Source: Albugo candida (taxonomy: Eukaryota). From it: DNA of 64,000 bases. The DNA lies in assembly GCA_040437565.1 (NCBI GenBank), contig JBDOQK010000052.1, forward strand, positions 186,001 to 250,000, read 5' to 3'. The notes under the pieces were generated by a model that did no database searches, was not told the DNA's origin, and saw only the letters and a program-made list of their open reading frames with translations. How positions within the stretch are numbered: position 1 is the first letter of the stretch; each line of letters opens with the position of its first letter. The position numbers and the translations under genes were made by a program. Of this stretch, positions 36,717-48,689 are shown in pieces.

Positions 36717-38490
36717 TGTACTTGATGTTTTTAAGTGACAAAGTGCATGACTATAAACCAATTCTACATTATTTCTCGTGATCATGAATCAATCCTGATG
36801 GTAAATTTCAGCTTTTTGATTGTGGACAATCAAAGCATATTCACGTGAAGCTGGTCTTATGGCATAGGATGGAACAAGCCAAATATTGATCCAAGCTATA
36901 TGTAATACCTGATAGCCTTTTTGTATTGTCTCCAAAGAAGAATATTAAAGCAAACTATATAATGTCGTCTTGAAGATAAGACACCATTTTACAACGATGC
37001 AATCGTAACTTTTTTTGACGCGGCGTGGTCTCGGTAGCAGCACGATTTGTTCCAAAAGGTCGCTGATGAAACTAGGTTGGTGAACAAGGAGTGCTTCTGC
37101 GGATTATTGTCTTGTATTTGATGCTCAAATAAGATTTCGCATCCATGAATAGGATACCAATGAAGCAGCTAACGATATTACATGCCGCTAATGCTGTATC
37201 TGGAAGCAATGCTTGGCGCGAGCTGGCGGCATCCACCAACAAGGAACTTTTACTCGGAAGGCCAAATATGGCTGCTATTCCTGTAAGACTGCGAGCTGTA
37301 AATGGCGTATCTCAGCAACTTGGCCTCCAAATTGAAAACCATGAGATAGGCGTACACAAGTGATTGTCGGCAAACCGACGCGTTGCTCCAGTTCTGATTC
37401 TTAACGCGCGATTATGATGCTGAGTATACAACCTTGCCAATTTGCTGATATGACGGCAGAACCGTTGTACACGGGCCTTGATGGAACAAGAACACAGCCA
37501 AGTTGAGGTAATTCACCGTCAACAACTTTGTTCGACGTGCGCTACGCATCCACATTCCTGCACAAATCAGCATTACTGCCTTTTATGCGTTCTACAAACT
37601 GAGCCCATCCTGCAACGGCCGATGGCGTCTTTCTAAATACAATTTGATGGCAATATTGGCTGGAACGACGATGCTCGGATACGTTTTTTGAGTGTGCCAG
37701 TTGATTGCCGCAGTTCTATGTTAAAATCAATTCGTTACCATAGATCAGCATTCAGGCTGAATCCCGAAAGCGCGTGTAAATAAAATTACTCAGATTTGAG
37801 TGCAAGGTAGAATTACCTTTCACAGATATTGATGTGAAGCAATTCTGCAATTTCTCTTTCATAAAGAACTCACCTCGTTGAAGAACTTGGATAGTGCTCT
37901 TCATTCCAAATAAAATCACAAACATATTGTAACATTTTGGCCGATCCTACCCAGAATATCCCTCGTGTACTCAGCCAATGAAAAAATTGATATCAGATTG
38001 CATCATTAGGGACTTATGCATCCGCGAAGTTGCTCAAATCTTTTGTCAAATTGCCAGAGTACTTTTTTCAGCATTTCCCACCGACACTATATCACAACAA
38101 TGTATCATAACATATCTCATAACGTGGCTCAGAATTCATATTCATATTGAAGATTAGCTTCTATATAGAATGTAGGGTCGTCAGTGCGGAATGTAAATTT
38201 TGTAGTGATCGAGGCCTGTATAGATTTAGGTTCAGGTGTCGTCAGTTCTCACAGCAACCGCTGTTCATTATGGTTGATCTTTGTGCACTATTAGCGCTGC
38301 CATTGGAATAGCTAAAGCGTCCATTATAGAATTTTGTTAATAGTAGATCACCTGCAAAAACGTTTACCGTGAATGTGGCTGCTTTTGCAATTTTTTGCGC
38401 TATGAGAGGTGAGATAAATATTATTCGTATCGAGCAGCGTATATTCGAAAGATAAGTAAACCATGCGTGCACAGCGGACAACAACAATTC

Positions 38491-38591
38491 TTTTTACAGC
38501 TCACTTTCACAACTCACTCTTACAACTAACTTTACAACTCACTCTTACAACTAACTTTACAACTCACTTTTACAACTCACTTTTACAACTA
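38491..38591. repeat. Minisatellite of 12-13-bp units (consensus about TTTACAACTCACT), about 8 copies
   Basis: Seen directly: ...acaactcactctt acaactaacttt acaactcactctt acaactaacttt acaactcactttt acaactcactttt acaact. Confidence 0.9.
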
Positions 38592-38683
38592 CATGTCCAC
38601 AATGACATTACGAAAAAATAACAGCTGTATCGTTTGACGATAGCGTGCGCTGCTCCTACTTGATCGATCCACGCGGATTTGGA

Positions 38684-41225
38684 TTACCATTTCGAGAATC
38701 GTAATGATCGGTAGGGAAAGGAATCGCTCCATTGGACGAACTCTTCCGTTTTCTGTTCAAATTCAACTTCTGTAAGCGATTCTTCTGAAGTTGAGGAGGC
38801 CGATGAGCATTGGCTTTCCCCGCGGATGGGTCGAACAGCATCATCCCATTGACCTGGGTGCACTATCGCATACAATTGTCCCGCAGCTCTTCCACGAAAC
38901 GGTTTGATTATGCTTCCTTCCGTATATCCATGGCTCTGAAGATTAGCTTCTTGTGCGCCACGTAATTCTGAAATCTGATCCCGTAGGCGAATGAGTTCTT
39001 CCACATGCTTCTCCGCTTGCTTCCGCAGACTCACTGTGATTTGTCGATTGCTCGCTTTTAACTTTTTGATTCGGTCGTCACGTACTGCAACTCTTCGTTT
39101 CCCTTCCTCGGCATTCATTTTCGATGTTGCAAACTTTCGAAGGAGCTGACGGTGTACTCCAACCAAATGCACCAACTTCTGGTGTATAGCATGCATGTGT
39201 GTCTTATCTTTTTCAAAGAGCTCCAATGGCAAAGCAGTTTGCTTTGCAGAAGCAAGCAGAGAACCGCTGTTGATGCTCCGATCCTTCAACTTTTCCACAT
39301 ATATAGCCATGCCTTGAACGTCTTCGACTGTGAGTGAAGGTGAATGAACCGGATGAAGAGGGTCCACCATGCTTTCAGTTTCAGATTTCGCTTGTTGTTT
39401 TTTAGGTGACGAATATACATCGTTCCCCTCACATGGAGACTGAAGTTTCGTAGTATCGTAACAACTTGGCCGATTCAGCTCCTTCGAGGACAGCAATTTG
39501 ATTTGCTGTTGTAACTTCTCAGCATGAATCGTCAATTCCTTATGCTCAAAGTCCAGTCTTTCGTGATCAGACTGGAGCTCGCTGTACTGGATGTCTTTTA
39601 TTTCCAGCGAGAGCTCTATTTTCGCCACCACCCTTTTGTTTTCTTCGTCGGCTTGCATCCAGCTCGCTTCAAACGACTCTATGAACTCGTTTTTTTGTCC
39701 AATTGAGCCTTTAAATCTCGAATTTCAAATCCTCGTCGATCAGACTCCAGTTGGACCTTGAGAAATTCTTCTTCCAGATTTGTAAACTTCCGCTGAAGTT
39801 GTTGATAAGCCTCGATAGTTATTGTGTTTAATGGTATAGCTGCAGCATGAGCATGTGGAGTTGCACTTCTCATTCCTGTATATTGATGATCGCTACTTGC
39901 TGATAAGCTCTCATAGGAGGTTGCACAGTCCAATCGATTCTTCAGCGCAGTGACGCGATTCTTTTCCAGCTGTAAATCCTTTTGTAGCACTTTCACAGTA
40001 TTCATCAAGTCATCAGCACTCTTGCGCTCATTTATGACTGCTTGATTTTCGATCTTTTTCGCCCGATTGCCAAACCGAAGTGTCGAAAGAGTCTCAGCTG
40101 AATCCGATTCGCTGCACGAAATGTTGACAATCAGTGTTGTGCGTGAATTTCCACCAAGAGAGTCATGGAGAATACGCGTGAGTTTGGAATCGCGATACGG
40201 GACATGACTCATATCCGGATCAGTCAAGTTATTGATGACCATTCCGAGGGCAGACAACGATCTATTGATCATCTTGGCCTCCTCGAGTCGTCTTCCGACA
40301 GCTTCAGTCTTCCTCACCATTTCAGATCCAGCAAGATCTACAAGGTATAGCTTTCCCGATTTAACCACCTGGGTTTCAACGTGTCGTTGGGACACTGTCA
40401 CCATAAGAATGGTGTGGCTACGTGAGCTGCGCTCATTCATTTTGGTAGCAGCGATAGCACGCTTATTGTTCCCTTCTATAACGTAATCCATGAATTCTTC
40501 TGGGCTTTTGACACTCATCTCTACCACGTTCTCAATAAAGAAATCGCCCCGCTTGTTTTCTCTTATCTGGAGTTTCACTCGCGTTTTTGTAGGATCCAGA
40601 AGATCGGACACTTGCTCCATATATATTTCAGCATAGCTAAGCTTGATGATGATTTCCAAGTTTTCATCGGCATTGTGGATACAGTTGAATAGTTCCACTG
40701 CTGCTCTCGGTACAATTCCGTTATGCTCAGTGTCATGTGGGTCGGCACCTAGCATTGTGTACGTCTTCCCTGAAGCCGTTTGCCCGTAGGTAATAATTGT
40801 GGAGTTATATCCTTCGATTACATCTACAGATAGAATTTGAATACAATAGAACAAACCCATATCGAGAAAATGATCGCACCTTCCACAGCCGGTCGGGCTA
40901 CTGCGTTGAATACGGCCAACTGGTCGTCTTCTTCAGTAAACACTTGGTCATACTGATATTCATGAGACACCGTTCTTGTCTATTGGAAAAAATTAGGAAT
41001 ACGAATACATATTGATCGCGCATGAATGACGCACCTTGTAGTGAACGATGTTGTCGCTTGTTTGAACGCACTTGCGTTCATTTTGGTTGGTTTCTTTCGC
41101 ATTGAAAGGTCTTAGGCGGCAACAAACGCGAACGTTGCCAGCTTGTTCGTGCTGTTAAGTAAATAGTTGTTAATGTTATTCCTTTATAAAATGGAACGTC
41201 ATCAACTTACTTTTGGAGTCACCAT
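38684..41225 (-). CDS. Kinesin-1 (conventional kinesin heavy chain)-like motor, multi-exon, with an apparent frameshift at about 39690
   Basis: Upstream exons encode MVTPK|HEQAGNVRVCCRLRPFN. Motor motifs are YGQTASGKT, NERSSRSH, LYLVDLAGSE and HVPYRDSKLTRILHDSLGGNSRT. A coiled-coil stalk follows, and the tail has IAK-like motifs (IIKPFRG, AVRPIRG). Confidence 0.88.
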
Positions 41226-42152
41226 GGGNNNNNNNNNNNNNNNNNNNNNNNNNNNNNNNNNNNNNNNNNNNNNNNNNNNNNNNNNNNNNNNNNNNNNNNN
41301 NNNNNNNNNNNNNNNNNNNNNNNNNNNNTGCATTTATTAGCAGCGTTATTTGTTCTATTTTTCCTTCATTTATTATCATCTATAATCCCAACAAACTGGT
41401 GATAAAGGAAGCGCAATAAGGAAGGTTACAGCTTATACAGCTTATGGACTTGCTCATTTCTAGTGATTGTACATCGTAGCCGTACATCGTAGCCCTTAAC
41501 ATGCATTGAGACGCTGCGATGATTCTGAAATAGTTTAGCGCTACTAGAATGAGTTCACCTTAACGTAGCTGTCTGCTTTCCACATCCCACATACGAACTA
41601 GCTTCAGAAAGTATGCATTTGCTTCATGGTATTTATTCCTCGTACTGCTGCAAGATGATGATTACAAGAGAAGCGTTGATTGTTTCACGCATCACTAGAA
41701 TCTGCGATTATCGAATATCAAAGCGTCAAATGACACGGCATTGTCTCATGTCTTGGGAAGCATCGAGTCATGAGTGCTATCTTCTTACACAATTATCACT
41801 GTGCTCTGATTGATTTGCGACCGTACTAAGGAAGCGATGAACTTGCATGCATTAATGGATATCTGGGGTACAACAACATGGAATGACTAATTTTGCAGTT
41901 GCGATGGAAGTGAGGAATATATCGCCTTGCTGTAGAAAGAAGCAAGCCTCTTTCCGCTGCTGGGACAGTATATCCAAGGCAAGAAGCCACACCTAAGTGT
42001 TCCATCACAATACTGTTGATATTAGAATATACTATGCTGATGCTGACCACTACTGGTCAATACTCACAGGAATCAGAAAGCAAAATAAGCCCGATTCACG
42101 CATATTTGGAACTTCCACGGAGAGGAATAGGTGCAGTCACCGTTGATTAATC

Positions 42153-42557
42153 TTACCATAGCTTGCATTTCTGCTCATCAAGGTTGAGCTGAGCTTTACT
42201 TCCCTCCTTTACCACATCCATGAGAGAAAGGAGAACCAAGATGTGTGGGCTTGACTCGTCGTCACCACGAAATAGTTGTCGCAGCAAGCCAAACCAAAGC
42301 GCCTTCGGGTTGGCAAATGCGGCAGGTTGTAGATTGTCTACGCTCAAAATACTTTGGCATTCATCGTAGAGTGCGAAACGGTCGAGCTCACGTGGTGGTT
42401 CCCAAGTAGCCGCGTGCTGCAGCGGAGCGACACCACCATTACGAAGGCTGATCGGAACATACGGGGTATTGTAATCTAGGGAAGATCGTAATGTAACTGA
42501 GAAAGATTTTTGGACAATGGGGGTGGCGAAAAAAAGTACAGAGAACCTATTAGCCAA
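42153..42557 (-). other. Uncharacterised 134-codon open frame without ATG in a gene-poor interval (possible exon or gene remnant)
   Basis: Longest open frame in 41330-43600. It ends at a donor-like GGTAAG. No recognisable motif. Confidence 0.2.
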
Positions 42558-43699
42558 TGCTAATCAGCATGTCAGCCTTTCATATGCTTCTCAGTTGCTG
42601 ATTTTGATAAATTCGTCAAAGTCTGACTGAAATATACACTTTTTTGTAAAAGATCCTACCAGTTTTTAAATTTTAAAATAAACACTTCAAATTTAGTATG
42701 GAGCAAGATTTTCTGATAATTTTCATGGTTTGGTCGCGTAAATACCGTGCAAAGAACTGGAGTGATAGCCCGCTTTTTTCCAGTCATATGAGTCTAATCT
42801 GAGCCATTTTGTTGGCATCCTCAATTGCGTTCGTGGACGAAATGAGTTACTACAGAAAAATGCGTTCAATTCTTATCGAGGACGATAGATTGATATCTTT
42901 GACATCGATGTTTCCAAGTTGGGATGGATTGATCATATCACTATCCTTTCTATATCGAGACGTTTCTCTAGCGAGAAATACGCTCATAGTCAGTCAGCAT
43001 TAGAAGGCTGATAAGGATAGGCGCCATCTTATATAACGTAATTCAGATGTGCAATAATCCATGGGTGAGTGGCGATCTTCTAAGGTAATCTAAACGTACA
43101 GTGTCAGAGTATTGACAGTTGCACACATCGCTGCGACTAGATTGATGTCACACATATGGACAGCTGTTCGATCTTCAATGTGCCAATCTATGATCTAAAT
43201 CGAATAAATGACTACATTTAGATACTCATATCGTTGCTGGTATATAGAAGTTCATTTTTGGATAGTAATCACAAGGACAAGGTTTTTTTATAGCAGAATG
43301 CATAGCTTGATAGGAAAAATCTGTCTGGGCGGCATTTTGCACGCAGTTCCTTTCATTCAGAAATGAATTTCTCCTTCAATATGCAAACTGTCATCACCTT
43401 GCAACTATACAGACCGTTTCGTACCCAGAGTGATCATGTTTTTCGAAACAAGCGGTGATGAGTCAGCCCAAAAAGAACCATTTTGTACCAAAAAGCAGTC
43501 GCGCAACTCTCTCATCAGCGACACATGCATCGCTTGGATCGTCGTCCAAGTACCGTGCTTGTCAAAACTGTTCGACTTTTCCTCGACTAACTCACTATAC
43601 TGTATGAGCTCGGATTCAGGCGAATTGAGTCGGAATTCAATACTTTCTTCCAGATCATTTACGCAGACAGCTAAACGAAGTAATCAATCCAATAACAGC

Positions 43700-45588
43700 A
43701 TGTCGGATGACGAGTATCACTACAGCGATTACGAAGATGAAGAACAAGATGGAAACGATGGAGTGATCGGTTTGTGCGTGGATCCATTCGACACAGATCA
43801 GCATCCTGCGCGACTGGGCGCAACAGAGAGTCATTCCGACAACTTGAAGGAAAATCAGTTCGACGAAAGCGCATTGGAAGCGAACCAAACACTATTTGAT
43901 AAAGAAAATACGAAAAAAAGCTACTCAAATAGACACAACGTATTGGGGAAGAGCAGTCAGATAATCGAAATTCCGGAAAGTATTTCAGCTCCATTTTCTC
44001 AACGAGAAGAATATAGGGTTATCGACGAAAAAGAGCTTTTACAGGAACAGGAACACCTTATCGATGAAATTGCTCAAGTTGTGCAAGTTCCTCAGTCCGT
44101 GGCTTGTATAATACTGGAGTATTATGGCTGGAATAAAGAAAAACTCTTTGAAAATTACTACCTCGATCCTTTTGAGGCTCGTAAAATCATTGGGATTGAG
44201 TTTTCTGGCCAGGTACCATCCAAAGTTACAGCTGTCTCCATGGTATGTGCAGCAAGTGAATGTGTCTGGTGTAATTACTTGGGATTGGTACCAGATTGAT
44301 TGCATGATTTGTTGCGAGTCTTTCGCACTTAATCAAGTGTTTGGGATTGGATGTGGGCACTTGTACTGCTTAGTAATGTTCAAGTACACTTACTCGTCTG
44401 CTTGTCGTCTTATTGTCTTTACTGGTTGTAGGATTGCTGGAAGTCCTATTTAACACTCAAGATTGCAGAAGGTCCATTTTGTATAAGCACCACTTGCCCA
44501 AGCTATGGCTGCAAAGAGGTTGGTGATCAAGATCTCCTTGTCAATATCTTTTGGCTTACTACCCCTTCCATTGTGTAGATTGTGAATAGCGACATTCTCA
44601 AGAAATTTGTTTCCGCCGAAGACTTTCGAAAGTACCGAAGATACCTTCTCCGTTCATATGTTCAGATAAACAAATGTGTGAAATGGTGTCCTTCGCCTGG
44701 CTGCAATAAAGCAATCTCTAGTGCTGGGGGGCTTTTGTCAGTGACATGCTCCTGTGGATGCGTCTTTTGTCTGCGATGTGGGGAAGAAGCTCATGCGCCA
44801 GTCACTTGTGTACAACTTGCTGCATGGCAAGAGAAATGTCGTAATGAATCGGAAACAGCTAATTGGATTCTCGCAAACACAAAAAAGTGTCCAAAATGCT
44901 CCGTTCGTATTGAAAAAAATCAGGGATGCAATCATATCACATGCAAAAGCTGCAATTATGAATTTTGCTGGGTACACTCGCCATCTTGATGCTATAAGCA
45001 GAACATTTTCTGAGCAAGTATTGTTGTGAATAGATATGCCTCGAGTCGTGGAGCAAACATGGTGCTGCTACAGGAGGATACTACAAGTGTAATAGGTACG
45101 ATGCACAAGCAACTGTTGCAGATAGCGATGCCGCTAGAGCCAAAGCAGAGCTTGATCGTTACTTACACTACTACCAACGATATGCAAATCACTCCGAGGC
45201 TGGGAAATTCTCCTCGCGTATGCGAGAAGGAACAGAGAGTCGAATGGTTGAACTGCAAAGGTCTCATAGACAATCATCGTGGATCGATGTACAATTCTTG
45301 AACGCCTCCACAGAGCAACTAATCGAATGTCGACGTGTCCTCAAGTATACTTATGTGCTTGGATATTACCTGCTACCTGGAAAAGAGAAAAGCCTCTTTG
45401 AATACCTGCAAGAAAACCTAGAGAAGAATACCGAGCATTTGACAGGGCTCATTGAAGGACCACTGGAGCTAATGGATCGATCAGATATAATCAATTACAC
45501 TCGTGTAACCGAGACTTTTCTGCGAAACCTATTGGCAGGCGTTGAAGATGGCTTGACTAACAACGTCACAATGACTCGGAATGAGTAA
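43700..45588 (+). CDS. ARIH1: Ariadne-family RBR (RING1-IBR-RING2) E3 ubiquitin ligase, about 5 exons
   Basis: Acidic N-terminus, UBA-like region (ILEYYGWNKEKLFENY), RING1 (CMICC...CGHLYC), IBR (KWCPSPGC...CSCGCVFCLRCGEEAHAPVTC) and RING2 with the catalytic GCNH (TKKCPKCSVRIEKNQGCNHITC). The Ariadne domain follows (LDRYLHYYQRYANH...CRRVLKYTY). An alternative upstream ATG lies at 43604. Confidence 0.92.
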
Positions 45589-45666
45589 TAGCAAATTCTA
45601 TGATCGTTAAAATTTGATCAAGTGAGAAGGAACGGGAGGGCAACGTCTCGCTATCTATAGCTCTTA

Positions 45667-47767
45667 TTATCTAGTGTTCTGGAGTTGACGTACTGCTAGC
45701 GTCAGAAGTTTCTTCGCCAAAAAATCATTGATCCCTAACAAATCCAAGTCTTCCGTCTCAATTCCTTTCTGTAATGTCAAACTTTGATAAGCATTCACAA
45801 GTTGTAGAAAAAAGTATTACTGACCTCACGGATGATATCCAATGAATCGAAGCCTTTTTCCATGAATGTCGCCGTGTACTTTGTCAAGCCTACGGTTGCA
45901 AGCCATTTCTCAACTTCATTACTCTTTTCCGAGCAACTTCTTGTATTCAATCCGCTTTCAAGATCTGCTGTGCGTAGTTGGTCTTCTTTCCTCTTTTCTT
46001 TCGAATTGAACACCTGGCTGGGCGGCTCCTGTTTACTTGCTGACTGCACGTAACCGGAAGGTGAACTTGCATCTGTTCCATAGTCAATAGCCTCTTCGAT
46101 GACCTGAAGCCACTTTTTGAGTTCTTTCCGACTGCACGCTTGAAGCTCACGCTAAAGGGTACACGTAAGCTTGATTCATATTTGTAATGACGATCGGCCT
46201 ACCTTAATTTTCCAGTTTTCATCGACAACATTGAAGCACAATTCAGGCATTTCCATTGTCTGCATCGATGAACGTAATGAGTGCTGATAAAAGAGTATAC
46301 TACCATATTTGCAATCGTACCTTCCATATTCGGCAACGAATTAGTGATAAAGTCGAGGGTGTGTGCGATGATCGTAATTTTCTTACATCAGCTGGTACCA
46401 CGGTGCGAGGATTCTCAAAACATGCTGGAATGTTGGCCATATCAAAATAGTGCAGCTGAGCTCCATCAACGACGAACCATTTCTTGCACCACCAACGATT
46501 GCCTCGACGATTTCGTTTCAGCAGCTGACCGTTATACTGGGGAGCCAGCCTTGGACTTATAGAATAGCGCGAGCATTCCTCGTCATTCGGAAACCTTAAG
46601 CTGGACCCCGTTTCATCCTGTTCGCCGACTCCTTCATCATCACTTTCGCTTGTTTCTTCATAATCCAGCTCATCAAGTTCTACCTCTGGTTCTTTGCTAG
46701 TCGGTAGATAAGGTTTCAATGTGATCCCTTTATCACCTCCTGTATCACCAGCTGCCTGCTCTGTAAGTAAAGATTGCAGAATCAATATAATTTCCTGCCA
46801 TAAAGGTCGATCGCCTGGCTCAAAAGAAGTGCACCTTTCAGCGAGCTTCATAAATTCTTTGGGGCAACTATCCGGGACCTGACTACGAAATTCCTCCACA
46901 ATAATCTCAAACTTGCTCTGCGGTAATCGCATCAGGAATCCATCGATATTTGCCTGTCGGCAGCAGATCATTTCCATTAGCATAACACCGTAACTAAACG
47001 TGTCGACACTTTCATCATAGTCTTCATCCAGGTACATCTCTGGTGCCATGTATGCATCCGTACCACAATACGATTTTCTGCGAGGAGTGTTTATCAAATG
47101 ACTTTCCTGAAGCCTAGTTTGTATGTCAGCGCTCTGATCACAATGATTCAAGTCTGTAACAAATCCAAAGTCACAAAGTTTGGCACGAAAATCATTATCC
47201 AACTGCGTACAAGAAACAAATAAGTATGGTTGTTCGACCAGGACCTAAAAACGATCTACCCACCAAAACATTATGGGGCTTGATGTCGCGATGAATGCAT
47301 CGCATTGAGTGAAGATAGTTGATCCCTTCTGCGGTATCCAGTGCTATCTGAAGTAATTTTCTCCAGCCGATGTGACGAACAGTTGAGCTGCGAATATGTT
47401 TTAATAATTGATCCAAATCGGACTGCCCGAGTTTCTCGCTGACAATCCATATTTGTTTTGTCTTTTTGTTGTCAGCGGCACCAATGAAGTTCAAGACTCG
47501 AGGGTGCTTAAAGCGTTGCAGCGCATTGATTTCTTTGCAAACAAATGCAGGCACATTTCCATCTTCATCCTTGGGCTGGCACTTGACTGCAACAGCTTGA
47601 TTTCTGTATTCTCCAACATAAACGACAGAGAAAGCACCTTTTCCAAGCTCCTTCCCAATTTTGATCATGTCACTCTCAAGGTAGAATAGACTTTTTTCTT
47701 CTTGCGTATGTGTGAGCGCACATTGTGGTACGCCAGACTCATCGCTACTCGCCTGGTTCGTTGTCAT
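45667..47767 (-). CDS. TKL-group protein kinase with PH and C-terminal SAM domains (about 5 exons; first intron 47203-47263)
   Basis: Kinase motifs GKGAFS, VAVK, HRDIKPHN, DFG, YCGTDAYMAPE and DTFSYG. PH: YNGQLLKRN...WCKKWFVV...ELKKWLQVIEEAI. SAM: VEKWLATVGLTKYTATFMEKGFDSLDII...EDLDLLGI. Confidence 0.87.
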
Positions 47768-48689
47768 CAAAAACTGCTCTTGTTGATGATATTGGAGTAC
47801 GTTGGTGTTCCGTTTCAAGCAGAAACCTTGCGAGACCTTTTGATATGTTGGGGGGAGCCCGAGCGTCCCTGTCAGTTTTTTTTAGAATCACCGATAGCCT
47901 CCTGAAATAGCACTGCGTTCTATTCTCAATATCACTGGTGCTATTTGTTGTGCAACGAATTCGAAGTGTACTTAAAGCAGACGTGTATCTCCGTGCACTT
48001 ACAATGATTACGTCTTGCTGAAGAATCGAGACGTAGTAATGACCGCATAACTCGGTTGAATGTGCATTTTCAGTGAGCGCATAGTGAGCGCATAGTGATA
48101 ATCTGCAATCATCGGACTCGTATACACTTGAAAATACCGAAGAATGCAAGGCTGAATTTATATCTGTTCATTGCTTTAGTCTGCAATAAGAATTGAACCA
48201 TATTCAAAACGTTCATATAAGCCAGAAGAGAACGTAAGCTCAATGTCGCTGTGTTGATGAAAATTTCGGCTGCAATATTTGTTATTTATGTTGACCTCGA
48301 TCTGATCCTATATAGCGTAGACTCTTGTATATTGCTTGCCAACTAGTGACGGGAAATCTTCTGCTGACACTACATTTGATTCACGAGATTAAAAGATAAA
48401 GAAAATGAAAGTGCACAAATTATTGTTTCGATTGTTTTTTGTGAAGCGTAGTGCCAGTACATCTATTCAATATGAACAATTCTGAAAAAGATATGTACAC
48501 CTGGATTACCGTGTGCAGCAAAACCCCAGAGAACCTAGTAAGATGGAGTCGCAAGTATTCATCGACTTAAGTCGACAGATTTGTGAATTNNNNNNNNNNN
48601 NNNNNNNNNNNNNNNNNNNNNNNNNNNNNNNNNNNNNNNNNNNNNNNNNNNNNNNNNNNNNNNNNNNNNNNNNNNNNNNNNNNNNNNNN

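Noticed and set aside
38491..38591. CRISPR-like or telomeric array
   Set aside because: There are no unique spacers, the units are not TTTAGGG-like and the context is eukaryotic. It is a simple minisatellite.
48072..48098. 11-bp tandem AGTGAGCGCAT upstream of the kinase
   Set aside because: Only about 2.5 copies, compatible with a local slippage duplication.
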